This document shows, one piece after another, positions 37,691 through 51,659 of a DNA stretch of 64,000 bases; the stretch's first letter is position 1; every line of letters starts with the position of its first letter. The notes beneath the pieces are model-generated. The model did no database searches and was not told the DNA's origin. It saw only the letters and a program-made list of their open reading frames with translations. Origin of the DNA: Rhynchobatus australiae (Eukaryota); contig JAUZTB010000069.1 of the NCBI GenBank assembly GCA_034780895.1, positions 13,293,818 to 13,357,817 of the forward strand. Reading direction: 5' to 3'. The position numbers were made by a program, and so were the translations under genes.

Positions 37691-39723
37691 GTTTATGAGA
37701 ACAACTGCAAGCTGCACACAGACCTGGCTGGAGAGTACATTACTGGTCCTTCATTGTCGATGGAAGTCTAGGGCTGACAACACTGCTAGAGCACTTCCAG
37801 CTCTAAAGCAGTTCAAGAAGGCAGCTCACTATCACTTTTTCAAAGGGAACTGGGGAACAGGCATTAATTGCTGGACTTCCTTGCAAAACACACTTCTCAA
37901 ATGGGAATAATTGTACAGAAGTATTTCATTAACTATAAAGAACCTTGGATCATAGGTTGTAATGGATCCAAATAAATGCAGGTTCTTGTAACCAGAGAAT
38001 ACATCTGGCTTCTAAACACGTACTAACGGATTTGCCAGGCTAGTGACCAAGTAAGAAGACTAATTCCTAACCTCTGAGAGAAGTGCAATTATCACCAGTT
38101 AGACTGATGATGGAAGTGATCTAGTTGGGGGTTGTGGGGAGTGGTGTTGTTGGGAAGCTGAACATGGAATGTTGAAGATTAAATCCCCCAGTGGGAATGC
38201 TGTTGATACTGAGTTGTACAGGCCTAGCGAAGTCCTATGTATCCTGGCCTCAATATACCTGGATCAGTGATGGGGAAAACTTCACTTGGGGGTTCCTCCA
38301 GCTGCAAACACCTTCCAATGATTTCCATGCTGGAAAATGAAGACTGATATACATGTGAGAATTTGTATATGGCAAAGATGGTGTTGAATTTGCATGGGAA
38401 CTGCACATGGCTAAATACCTAGCTGGTGGACTAATAATCCAGAAACACTCGTTCAAATCCTGATACAGCAGCAGTGGAATTGAAATCGTGTCAAATACTT
38501 TGGGAAGTGGGGGAGGAATCTAGTTTTAATAAAGATGATCACAAAACTACTACATTATTTTAAAAAACCCACCTGGTTAACAAATGCCCCAATGTCATTA
38601 AGGGGACGAAATCTACTGCCATTGCCTGGTTGGCTTTTTTTTCCACTGTCAACTTTCACTAATGTCATTATGTTTATTTTGTTGTGCAACTTATGTACAA
38701 TTTGTTAATTTAAGTTTGTTAATTAATGTCTGTAATGTATTGTGTTGCTGCTGCAAAAAGCTAACCTTCATAGCATTAGTACCCTGGGTATGTATGCCTA
38801 TGACAATAAACTTGAACTTAAACTTCTTTGGTCTGTTTGTGACTCTAGACCCACAACAAAGTTAGTTGACTCCGAACAATCCTTTGAATCTACCTGGTAA
38901 GCCACTCAGTTCAAGAAGCTTCTCATGTAATTAGGGATGGGCAATAAATGCTGGGATTACCAGCAATGCTCAGATCCTGAAAAGTGAATAAGAACCTTGA
39001 AGTTGTCAACTACTTCTGGTTTATAGTTCCATGAATGGCATTACCAAGGGGCAATGCCATTCATGGAACTATGATCCAGAAGGAAATGACACCTTCAGGG
39101 GAAGGGGGAATAAATCTGCATTACCTCAAATCAACTCTCATCTCCCCATCCCCATTTCTGCAGGATCCTTCACATTCCTCCATTTCTGTCCCACAGTGCA
39201 TCCCCATATTTATAGTTAGTCCTCCAACCATGGTCCTGCCTACAAATGCAAATCCCCCCTCGATCCACTACTCCCTCCTCCTTTGGGACATTCCATGAAG
39301 ATCTTTGGCCAAGCATTCTTCACCTGTCCAATCTCTGCTAATAGGAATGGGTGTTAAACTTTGTTTGATTATTACTTCTGCAGAGGGCCAACTAGCACTC
39401 TTACTCTGTTCGTGATGCTATATAAATTCAAGTTAATACTGTTCACCAACCCCCTCCCTAGCTCTCATTTTTGGGTCAACTAGAGTGAAATGGTGCCATA
39501 AAATTCTGATTCTCTGGTGGTTCAGGATGTGTTGAGACCAAATGGCCCTTCTGGATCAGTGCCGCAGATGCGGGGAATTGAACACGAGACTATTACTGGG
39601 GGTCTGCATTTACCAGATGAGCCATTGAGGCAAAAGAGTTTAACCACCTGGCTGTGATGGAGGAGGAGATTATTTGGCAAATCGTGTTTTTTTTTCTGCC
39701 TTACCTTACACTGGTGCTGAGGA

Positions 39724-39964
39724 TTACAGTTCATCCCTTGAGGCAGATCCAATGGCCTGACGCGGGGCTCCTGCCTGCGAGGCCTTCACTGTTTTCTGAG
39801 AGCCACTCCAATCTGTCTTCACCAAGTCATCATCCCAAATGGTGGAGGTTTCAGTGTCGCTGAACCATCCAGGATCTCCAGTATAGTGGGTGGGGAACAC
39901 CAGGAGAGGGTGGACAGAAAATGCCAACAGGTCTCGTTTGGGGTAAACTTTCTTATATTCCTCA
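39724..39964 (-). CDS. CERCAM: CERCAM last coding exon (NEEYKKVYPKRDLLAFSVHPLLVFPTHYTGDPGWFSDTETSTIWDDD...WSGSQKT...RDEL*)
   Basis: Acceptor ttttttccttgcag|T; PTHY.GD..W.SDTETS..WDDD and WSGSQKT are CERCAM-type; C-terminal RDEL ER-retention signal; TAA. Confidence 0.93.
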
Positions 39965-42900
39965 CTGCAAGGAAAAAATAAACATGTGACAAACTTCCAG
40001 GTTTGGTGTCATTGATAGTGCACATTGCAAATTCATCGCCTGATAAAGGTACAGTGTNNNNNNNNNNATACTGGAAAGGCTGTGGGGAAAGATTAGAACT
40101 AACTTGGTTGCTTTCTCATTAAGGCAAAGGCCTCCTTATGTCCCATCCTCCCCACTGCTCTCCTAAAATTGCTGCCTCCTCCTGGAGCTCAGTTCCACAC
40201 TGTTTGCTCAAGCAGCCATTCTATTGTGTGAGCCCAGTCCCAATATGGAGCATGGCAGAGGAGGCAATAAATGGGTGAGAAATTCCAATCACTAACGTGG
40301 GTGGAAATTTGCATGCTGTGAAGTCTAGATACAGGAGACCCAAGCCGATGAGTCTCAGTGTGTCATTTGAGCAGCAGTAGGGATGAGGGGCTCCCAGCTG
40401 AGCCCAATCCAGTCAAAGCCTCCCCAAACAACCTAAACATGCACGAGCACCCACGTAGTGTATGGAAAGTGCTGCATTTTACCCATTACCAAACATTAAC
40501 CCTCCCAGTCCACTCCAAGACTACAAGAGCAGCACACATTACAAAAGCGTGAGTATACCACAACAGTATTTTCTGCCACAATAGCATTCTACACCATGAT
40601 AAGAACATCACAAAAGGATTTGGTTGTCCTGGAAATGCCTCGGGGCTTCCGAAGGTTGCTGCAACGTTGTATAAACTGGCACAACATCAGGGTTGACCTC
40701 ATTCCACAATATAGAGTGCAGATGTGTTCTGTCTGGTTTATCTCAGCACCCTGCAATGAATCTGCTCCTCATAGTGTTAAGCTCAAGAACATTAAATACC
40801 CAAACAGTCATTATGTTTCCGTGTTTCAACAATCAACTCATGTCAGAATTCCACTTCGTGGCCAACAATAACATGAAACTAGAATGTTCCAGTCAATTTT
40901 TATGTGAGTCTGCACACCGGCAGAGCAGTAGAAGGCATTACATCATTCTGCATGCCAGTATAAGTTCTTCATTGTGTCAAGGCCGGCACATAATATACAT
41001 CCCTCAGTGGGAGATACGATTTAACATCCTCTTGTTATTTACTATGAGGAACAAGTGAATGGGATGGTCAGACAACATATTGTACATCATCTAATGCACG
41101 TTATTTACTTTTACGAGCTGGAGTGATGTCATACTGATTTCAAATATGTGGCTCCTGCAATAATTACTTAGTTAACTATCACTCAGCGAAACAGCAGTTT
41201 CTAACATGACGGAAGCTTGGCTGGAAAATAATTCTCTCTCTCCTTCAACGAGCCAAGTTAGTTACATGTGAAGGCCAATTTCTAGTCCTCAGAGAGAAAT
41301 TATTCATCACTCCAGTTTTCTGCCCAACTTTCCTTAAAGGTGTAGCAGTTTGTGCGCAAGCCTGTGTTTCAAGAACCCAGTGTGTCCTCTTTGGAACCAA
41401 ATATGTGTCACCTTCATACTCTATTAGCCAATCTCTTAACAGAGTGAGAATCTGATCTGAGTGTGGTGTTTAAAGCCAGAATCTGGAGGATAATTTGCAA
41501 TATAAGGATTTTAGCTACATTAAACAGGGGTCTTCTTTGCAAAATTTGCTTGAAATTGGTGCAGAACCCCTGGGGAATTTTAATCTGACAAATTGTGTTA
41601 AATGGAAGTCAAGCTTCTACAATCCTTTGGGTTAACTTTTAAAAACATTCCTCGATGCCAGGCCCACTGCAAACTTGTCAGACTCTCACAGAGTTGTATG
41701 TATATTTTTGAAGCTTTTTTACACACCACATTATGTTTCTATATTAGGATAAAACATTTTCATTAATTTAAAATTACGTTACCAGAGGTGGACCAGACAA
41801 TGGTTGAAAATGCGTATTCTTTTGTGGTAAACCCATTTTTAGTGAGCATTCTTAAACATGTCAAGAATTTTTTTAAATAAATAGTTAAAATGATGACTGC
41901 TTGCATTGATTTATGGCAGATTTTGCATCCAAATCAGCTAGAGCAGAAACTCAAGGGGCAAAAATAAATTCTTAAAATAAGTGCAAGGCATTTGAATCAG
42001 TGGCTGTGCTCAAAATGGAAACTGCACCAAGATTTCTGATCAGGTTGCTGTGTGTTGCAGACTGGAGGTGCTCACAAAGACAAAGGGAGATGAGTACAGT
42101 GGCACTTCCCACTGTAGGTACAGAAGGGTGTTTGGAAACAGGATGCAGTGGAGACTTGCAGAGTTATAAACTAAATGTCGGACAGTGGGAGTAAGCATAT
42201 TAGCAGGCATTATGGATCAAATGCCTTCCTTCCAAAGAGAAAATCGGTGGGAAAAAAATGTGGCATAAAGGTGACAATAGGAAGAAAAATGTTATAACCA
42301 GAAAGTGTACAGACGCCATAAGATTTCTGAAGTATCACAAATGTAAAGGGACTGGTTTAACATTCTCCAAAGATAAATGTGACCAGTTTAACTCGATCAT
42401 TGTTAGCCTAATTTGCCTTCTCTAACATGAACTTTCAGTAGTACTGGGTGTGGAATTGTTATGCCATTGTTTCTTTTGTAGTTCTATAGAACTGACTCCT
42501 CAGGAAGTTGGAAGATCCCAGCCCAAACAGAAGATAAACACAGACCAAAGAACCGACAGGCCTGGATCTGGAGAAATGCCTCATCATTACATTCATTCTT
42601 TTGATTCACCAGAGCCTCCTTATAATGGTCCCTCTGCCAAGCTTTGTGGAATGTTTCTGCCCTGCTGCCATTCCAACAGCTGCAGGAATATCACACTGTC
42701 TACAATTAAGAGATACTTCTTTTCTGAGCACCTGTTTTTTTTTCCAGAAAAGAAGTTAAGGAACTATATAATTTGAGTTCCCTGCCAAGAAAACTCAATA
42801 ATAAAAAGAGAAAAACATTATAACTAGCCTGGAATTGATAATTTGTCTGGAGATCCTGCCAACTTGTGCAGTGGAGATGAGTTGCGTGTAGCTTTCTGGC

Positions 42901-43789
42901 ACAGCTCCGTCAGGCAGCACAGGCTTCTTCAGTGCAAGGTAATGGTGCATGAACACTAGCATCTGTTACACTGCTTGCTTTCACATGGATGATGTTTGTC
43001 AACTAAAAGCAGGGCTGAAAGACTTAGCTCTCTCCAGCTGGTTAGAGGGGAGTATCCACTTGAGTGCTTAATTCTATTATTCTGGACTATTTCCAATAGC
43101 TTGCAACGTCAAGGTAAACGTCAAGGTTCAGAACCTTCTCACCAGCACACACTCAAATTTATCTTGAGGTAACTTCTCACTTAAGACTCTTCCACTGAGT
43201 TCCTGATTCCTCCAGGGCATCCACTCACTCTGATGGGTGACAAGGAGCCTATACCTCTGGAGTCATTTATCTCCATGAAACACCTTGAGACCTGGTGGGA
43301 TTATTTAAAGCTAATTTATTGCTGTTCTTCAATATAGAATCCAACTATGATAGGATGGGCTCACTCCAATCCATTTGAGCTTTCTTCCTTCAGACATGAA
43401 GACAACAACATCTTGTTTTAGTACAGTTCCACAAGTCCCTGCCTCATGTTTTACACAGCGCATGAAAATTAATGGACTTCTCTCCCTTGGAACACATCAT
43501 AACCAACCAAACATTTACCCCAAATCAAACTACTCATTCATACAATTGCTGCAAATATCACTGTACAATAACAGAGACATCTGAATCCACATGAAGTCTC
43601 ATTTCATCATAGCTGAGAAAACAGATGCAATTGTTCTGTTGACTAGATTCCACATCCACTCCATGGGTGCAGGACACACTGCATTCAGGATGCTTTGCAA
43701 CATCACCAAGGAGAAGGACACAGAGATCAGGCAGGGCTAAGCTGATAGTCTAGGGCATATGTCAGTATTAAGGAGGAACAGGTGTTGGG

Positions 43790-44475
43790 TCTCTTAAAGA
43801 ACATAAACAGTGGATCCCAGGGCCTGATTGGATCTATCCCAGGTTATTGAGAGAGGCAAGAGAGATTGCTGAGGCCTTGACAGAAATCTTTGTATCCTCT
43901 TTAACCACAGGTGAGGTCCCAGAGGACTGGAGGATAGCCAATGTTTTTGCTTTGTTTAAGAAAGGCAAATAAGGATATTCCAGCAAATTATAGGCCAATG
44001 AGCCGTACATCAGTGGTAGGAAAATTATTGGAGAAGATTCTGAGGGATAGAAATGAGTATTAGCTAAAGGAGAGGTTAGACAAACTTGGATTGCTTTCTC
44101 TGGAGCGTTAGAGGCTGAGGGGAGACCTGATAGAAGTATATAAAATTATGAGAGGCATAAAAAGGGTAAATAGGATGGAAATGTCAAATCCTAAAGGGCA
44201 CAGCTTTACTATGAGATGGGGGAAANNNNNNNNNNNNNNNNNNNNNNNNNNNNNNNNNNNNNNNNNNNNNNNNNNNNNNNNNNNNNNNNNNNNNNNNNNN
44301 NNNNNNNNNNNNNNNNNNNNNNNNNNNNNNNNNNNNNNNNNNNNNNNNNNNNNNNNNNNNNNNNNNNNNNNNNNNNNNNNNNNGTGCAGGCAGATGGGAT
44401 TAGTTTAAATTGGCATCATGGTTGGCACAGACGTTATGGGCTGAAGGGCCTGTTCCTGTGCTAAACTGTTCTACA
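43790..44475 (+). mobile_element. CR1 LINE with a large internal deletion
   Basis: PGPD.IYPRLLREAR..IA.ALTEIF.SSLTTGEVPEDWRIANV...NYRP.S.TSVVGKLLEKILRD joined directly to the ERLDKLGL.SLE.RLRGDL 3' end and tail. Confidence 0.85.
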
Positions 44476-47400
44476 TTCCAACATCTCACCAGCACTGAAT
44501 CACATCTTTCTCCCTTGCGACTTTGACCATCAGACAGCAAGAGCAGCAATGTTGTGGAAATGGTTCTTAAGTTGCTCTTCTTCTTGATATTGATCATTCA
44601 CCATATGGATTCAACATCCCTCTTTGTCAACAGTGCAGCTTCCCAAGGACTACAGTGCCTCAGAAGGATTCCTCCATCTATTAAGCCAGAGATGGCATAA
44701 TGATATGGCTCCATCTGTGCAATGCATATCCCATGAACAATTTTAAGTAGGAGTTTCAGGGGTCCAAAATAAGACAATCCTACAACTGGCAACAGTGAGA
44801 GGACATCCAGATATCACCTGCAACAAAAACTCATAGCACATCATAAAATATTACCAAGTCACTGGAATGTTGGAAATGGTTTCAAGGCAAGGGGTCACAT
44901 CTGGTCACATCTTCAGTCCTTATAAGAAGAAAAAGCTACTAAACTGTGTTACATAAAATGTGCAGCAAAATATCTTCTATTTCCCCTTATTTTCAGCTAA
45001 CCAAGATGCCTAACAACATTAAACAGGCTCCCAAGAGAATCGGAAACAGCCACCAATAAAATTGATGTTACTTTGTGAAATCCTGACCTGAGGGAAAATT
45101 CTGTATTGTGTCCCCACCAGAGGCAGAGATCTGGAAGCTCCAGTTCCTTGTCTGGTGGACTGCTGACAGTTATCAGTGGGTATCATGGTTCACAGCTGTG
45201 ATTTATTTATTCATTCATTTTTTTTGGGAAGGGGGTTTTGCCAACAAGGCCAGCATTTATAATCTATCCCAAATTGCCCTTGAGAAGGTAATGGTGTAAT
45301 CCTGGTGAAGGTACTCCCTTGATACAATTAGGCAGAGTGTTCCAGGATTTAGACCCATCAACAATTAACATCAGGCAATAAACCAAGTCAGGATGGTGTG
45401 CGAATTGGAGAGGAACCTGCAGTTGGTGATGCTTTATGATGATAGAGGTTATGGATTTGGGAGCTGCTGACAGCAGAGTCTGGGCGATTGACCTCCAATA
45501 ACCACAACAATCTTCCTCGACGCAAGGTCTCACTCCAACCATATCCTAATAATTGAACTTCTGTCTTTACCATTCATTTGTTTTTTTTTGCCCACAGATC
45601 TGTAAAGCTAATGTGTTACTGACAATTCCCACTATATTCTACATTCTGCATCTACTTTGCAGAGACTCGTCACATTTTCTGAATAAGTAAGATGTCTGTC
45701 ACGTCACCCTCATGTTGCTGGTGTGAAATATGATGCACTATAAAAGTAGTGAGCAAATATTACAGCCACATTCAGAATTGGGGTGCGTTATAAAAGCTGT
45801 CCGTCCATTTGTCATGTTTCTTGCTGCTTCTTCTGTGGGCTCTCTGGTCCTCAAATTGTGTGGCAGTCACCCTCTGGAAGGTGGGTGAATAGGGTGCATC
45901 ATCCTGTTATCTGTCCATTCCTCTGATACTTGAATTGCAGTATGCTTGTTCACTGGAAATGTCAGGTCATTTGTAAAATTTTCACACAGGAATTTGAGAG
46001 GTGATCATGCCAAGAGTGCTAGACAGGGCAGATGGCACAAGACTTGTTTCCTCAGGCTGGGAGGTAGAGAGCTACACAGACTCAGGACAAGGGGCCAAGG
46101 AGAACATCCTTCACATAGAGGGAATTCTCTACCCACAAACACTTGTGGATGCTTCATCATTGAATATATCCAAGGCTTAGATAAATGGAATTCTGGATGC
46201 TAATGGAATGGGATATGTGGATCAATTGTGAGAGTGGATTAGAGGCATAAGATCAACTATGACTCATTTGCATTATGTTTTTGTGTTCTTGTTATAAGCT
46301 CATTTATAAACTTTCTCCACCTTCACAATTCCCGCTGTTAAAATGAATACAGAAGTATGATGCAGCATATGCAGACACAATGGCTCTCACTTGGACTAAA
46401 GTTGAAGTGCAGCAAGGACAATAATTCTCTTACCTGTGAAGGGTTAAAATTACAAAGGTCCATAGCCCAGAGCTGTCTTTAATTTAGGTCAACTTAGCAA
46501 TCAGACTCACACACTCCGGAAGACCTGTTAACAGGCCAAGTTCCATACCAGTAGAGTAATGTCTCCTGTTGTGTGTCTTGGTCTGAGGATCATTGTTGGA
46601 ACAGAGTAGATGGATTTCTTACTCTAGAGCTGGCTGAGCTACTCCTAACATGTGAGCACTTAACACTAACAGTGGAGACTCAACATTAACACAGTTCATT
46701 CAAACAGCCGCTAAAGGACAGGGAGATATTGGAGGAGGGAGGACAGGGATTATAGAAGTGAAAGGACGGAGAAATAAGATGGAGAGAGAAGAGAGCCCCA
46801 AATCTATCATGACGTGCTTCAACATCAGATTTCAATCTTTAAAAACATATAATGATCCCAGGCAGCAGACCAAACGGACCATTAGAATCCATTCTGCAAA
46901 ACTGCCCTGAACAAGCTTCAACACTACCCAGAGATCATTAATGCTGAACAATGATTACACTTTACTGCTTTAAACACCTACAGCATCAACTCATCAATGT
47001 GATACACTGAAAGGGGCTAACAGTGGATAATCATCTGCCATGCTGTGTGCAGATCCATGGCCATTTCACCAAGCAGGCTTGGTTTACACTGAAGAATACC
47101 AGAGTTGTAAATGGAACATTTTGCAATATCTACTTCTGCAGCAACATCAGGACCTCTTGGGTTTGGGTCTGTCAGAGCTGGGTGCAAAATAAACTTCCCA
47201 TGTCACTTCCTCAGCATGTGACCACATTAGGTGAACAGTTAGACTGCATTTGGTTAGATGCAGATTAAAATGTCCTGCACATTACTGCACCATCCACTGG
47301 AGATTGTTTGGAACTGTATGGTAAATCACCCTTAATACTGACCCATCACAAAGCAGCATATTTACAGCAGGGCATTAGTTGACTTTTCAGAAGTGACAGA

Positions 47401-48739
47401 TTAAGCTGGTGCCATTCAAATGCAGTGTTTAGCTCACTACGGTGCCTGAAGCAGCCTATCTAACAAGTGACTTGACCATGTAAAGGAGTACAGCTCTGCC
47501 CCTGCCAACTGTGTGACCAGCATTAGCTCTAATAATGAACTGAAACAGGTGCTGAATGAAATGCTACTTCCTAGGCAGCCAGCGGGTAAAGTAATTTTCA
47601 TGTAAAAGTGCTCAGCAGTCAGCCTCTTCTATTACAGTATACTGCACACCCTCCAACAGCTACAGAGAGGGATTATGTATAAATAGTTCTCCAGTGCCAA
47701 AGAGCCATATTTAGGAACAATGTTCAAGACACTCAGCCAAATACATGTTTTGCTCTCGCTTTCTCAGGCACAGCTCTAGTACTACTGGCCTGAGCATGAT
47801 GACAGGTGAGGTGTTTTGAGGATGATCCATGAACAACCCATGAGACCAAGTCTTGGCAAGTTGGTGCAAACAGGAAGGCCGTCAGAGAATGCAGTGGGGC
47901 ATAATCATTTCATAAGGGGAAGTGTTTATAAGTAGGAATCACTGCACTTACAGAAGTCTTCTTTGTAAATAAACTTTACAAGAAAAGATACACAAGCTGT
48001 TTCTCCTCAAAATAATGGCAGAGCACAATAAGCCAACCACTACCTTCAGTTCTGTACTGAATATAGTTTGTGAATAGTGAATATAATTTAGTGTGACTTC
48101 CTGCAAAGAAAGCAAAGCCATATGAGGTGTACTGAAGACATTGAACTTTCCCAAGATTGCAATAGGTTCCATTATGTGCGAAAGGCAGATTTCGATCAGG
48201 TTGCACCACAGAGGCTGCACTGTAAGGTACTAGTGCAGGACCATCTCCCACAAGCTATGGCATGACATAACCCTTGGAAAAAAAAGGCTAAGTATGGAAT
48301 TTATTACAATACTGCATAAAAATATAAGAAATGGAAACAGTCAACAATACAGTTCCTTAGNNNNNNNNNNNNNNNNNNNNNNNNNNNNNNNNNNNNNNNN
48401 NNNNNNNNNNNNNNNNNNNNNNNNNNNNNNNNNNNNNNNNNNNNNNNNNNNNNNNNNNNNNNNNNNNNNNNNNNNNNNNNNNNNNNNNNNNNNNNNNNNN
48501 NNNNNNNNNNNNNNNNNNNNNNNNNNNNNNNNNNNNNNNNNNNNNNNNNNNCCCTCCATCCTGAGAAAATGGCCTCTTCGGATCCTCCAGAAAATGCTGC
48601 TCTGCACTTAGGCAGTTAAGACAATTTTAACAAGTATATAGGGCAGGGACACCAAACACAGGCTACAAGCCAACTCCTGACTGGGCCCAACAAATAACTC
48701 ACACTCCAAAGCTGTACCACATGTTGCACACTAGAATTC

Positions 48740-49525
48740 ACCCCAGCCCCAGGACATCAAACAGGAGTTCTTCAGGGCAGTGTTCTAGACCAACCATTTT
48801 TGACATCTCCATCAATGATCTTCCTTTCATTATAAGGTCAAATGTTTGCTGATGAATGCACAATGTTCAGTTCCATTTGTAACTCCTCAGCAAATGAACC
48901 AACCCATGCCTGTGAGCAGCAAGACCGACACAACATTCAGGTAAGGGCGTGCAAGTACATTTGTGCCACAGAAGTACCAGTTAGTGGCCATCACTAACAA
49001 GAAAGAGTCTAACCACCTAACATTTATTCAATGGTACTACGATTGCCAAGTCCCCCTCCTTCAATATCCTGGGAGTCATTACCGACAAAGAAATCATTGG
49101 ACCATCCACATAAACACCATCACTACAAGAGCAAGTCAGAGACTATCCTGTAGCAAGGGACTGACGTCCTGACATTCCAAGGCCTTTCCACCATATAATA
49201 AGGCACAAATCAGGAGCTACTTGCCTGGATGCATACAGTGTCAACAACTCCTAAGAAGCCTGACACAATCCAGGATGAAGAAGCCCATTTGGTTGGCATC
49301 CCAACTACCCTAAACATTCATTCCCTCCATCAATGGCATGCTGTAACATGGAAAGATATTGCTGGTGCTTCTTCATTAGTAGGTCTAAATCCTGGAACTA
49401 TGAGAGTCCATTCACAGGAAGGACTACAGCTGTTCGAAAAGGCAGCTCACTGCCACCTTCTCAAGGGCAATAGGGATGGACAATAAATGCTAGCCCTGTC
49501 ACTGATCTCCAGATCCCAAATATGG
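48740..49525 (+). mobile_element. Decayed CR1-group LINE RT and 3' end
   Basis: GV.QGSVL.PTIF...INDLP.II.S..MFAD.CT.F motif; tail gcagctcactgccaccttctcaagggcaatagggatggacaataaatgct. Confidence 0.75.
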
Positions 49526-49984
49526 ATATACAAAATTTTCTCTGCTAGGCTTCAGTGCACTTCCAAATGATGGACTTGATGTTTTCAATGTCATCATGGC
49601 CAAGAATCTCCCACAAGTTAGTGGGATTGTCTAGCAGGGTGCAAGAGAGAGGGAGAAGTGTAATGGGAGGGAGATCTGCAGGTGGGGGAGAATGAAATGA
49701 GTGGGAATACTGAGGGTGGAGCTTCAGAGATAGGGTGGATCGAGAGTGAAAGGGAAGAAGGGAAAGTCCAGGGTACCTGTGCCTGAGCAGGTGCATACAA
49801 TGACAGGCACCTAGGCACATACATGCCCAGCTGTGTGTGTCTTAATGTTGATGCAGTGGCATTGTCTCCTGTAATCTTTGTTCCCCTTGCCACCGGATCA
49901 GAACCCACACTGTCAACTCCATTTGGTAGCTGGCAATACAATGCCCATCTCACATTAAAGGAAGTCATGCACAGGCAACTTTCA

Positions 49985-50390
49985 GTCCTCAATATTAAGG
50001 TTGTGACCTGGAACATCAAGACCCTTATTTGCAACAGTGATAAGACCTGAACATTGCTCTGCTCTAATAGCTGGGGCATCTCAGCCACTCCCTTTGTGGT
50101 TAAAGTGAACAGTTTTGATCCTCAGGCTCATTCTAACCCAAAACCAGCACACTGCAGTCAACTTTGAAAGCTACGGATGTGACCAGTTCGTTCTTCTATT
50201 CCAACCTAGAAAAAACGCTGATCTACATCCCAGAGGGTCTCAGACAGATCCACATGGGTGACTTCAACGCCAAGGTCAAAAGAGAGACAATCCTCAAGCA
50301 AGGTGTGATTGGCAGGGAGGGAGTAAGGAAGCTAATTCCAGTGGAGTCCTCTTCCTGACAATATGATTGAAGCAAAGTTTTATCATAATC
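49985..50390 (+). mobile_element. RTE-clade LINE endonuclease remnant
   Basis: TWNIKTL, FYSNLE, GDFNAKV and GVIGREGV motifs. Confidence 0.7.
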
Positions 50391-50744
50391 ATCTTGTTAC
50401 TTTACGTGACTTGATGATGACTGCTTCACATGTTCACGATCTTGGCCTCATTCTCACCCCAAGCTGAGATGACAACTTGAGTGGCAGTACGACTGCCCAG
50501 AAGGAAGCAGCATGAGGAATATTCCTTCTGTTACTAATTCCTTTGCTTTAAAAGGACTGTAATTTATTGCATTATTTCAACATTGACATTGATTTTCCAG
50601 CTGTCTTGATTAATACTGGTTGTGACGACTGTGGTTACATTCCTTTCCATCTACATATCTCCCTGGCCTTCTGCTTTCTTACTTAGCAGCTCACAGATTT
50701 GAAGCTTTTGGAGAGAAAGGAACAAGACCACTGCAGTCCATGTG

Positions 50745-51140
50745 GCTAATCCTAAAATAGAAACAAAGTGCTGAAAACTCAGCGGGGCAGTTGGCATTCC
50801 ATGGAGAGAGGAGGCGCATTGCTTTTGGTCAGTCAGTCTGTTCAGCCCGCAAGGGTGAGTGAACTTCCAGCCACCCACTGTGTGAATTCTCCATTTCTGT
50901 CTTTGACCTTTGACCTTTCTGTCTTTGACCTACACTTTTCCAACAAAGTCCAACAAAAACTTGAGTGCCAACCCTCATCTTCTGTCTAGGCACATTGCAG
51001 CCCTTGTGAACCAATACTGAATTTAATCATTTCAGTAACCAGCATCTCTTGTCTGTGTGAGAAATAGTCAGTTCTGATGCAAACACATTCACCCTAACTG
51101 CGAATTTCCAGCATTCTCTTTTGTTTCAGATTTCTAGCAT
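50745..51140 (+). mobile_element. Penelope-like remnant with terminal arm sequences
   Basis: KLE...LIF.LGTLQP...N.EFN.F remnant flanked by tgctgaaaactcagc and ttccagcatt arms. Confidence 0.65.
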
Positions 51141-51659
51141 TGCCTGTGTCCTCCCTCACACCAGCCCATTCACCCTTCACCTCTGTTCTTACTGGCTCCT
51201 ACTTAATTGATGGATCGATTTTAAATTCTCACCTTTGCTTCCAAGTTTCTCCAGGAACTTACCCCTCCTTATCATTTGTAACCTCCTCCAACCTTAATTT
51301 TTGAGATTTTGTAAAAATATTCATTCATGGGATTTGCATTATTGACATTGCTATCATTCCTAATTGTCCTTGAACTAAATGGTTTGCATGGCTATTCCGA
51401 AGGGTCTATACACAACTGGTGTAGGTCTGGAGTCACACATAGGCCCGACCAGGTAAGGTCACCAGATCTCCTTTCCAAAGGGAGTTGGACAAACCACATG
51501 GGCTTTTACAACAGTCTAGTAATTTCATGCTTGCTTTTAATTCTAAATGTAAATTAATTTACATTCTCTAATTACCGTGGTGGGATTTGATTTCATGTCT
51601 AGAATCATGAGACTAGACCTAGGGATCATTAGTTAGTAACACTGCCACAATATGGTATC

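Noticed and set aside
48044-48100. Strong minus-strand acceptor and possible 57-nt exon in the CERCAM intron
   Set aside because: Poor donor (GTAGTG), in-frame stop and no homology support.
50413-50470. ATGATGA...CTGA pair resembling a C/D box snoRNA
   Set aside because: Antisense to the host intron, no terminal stem and no recognisable guide sequence.
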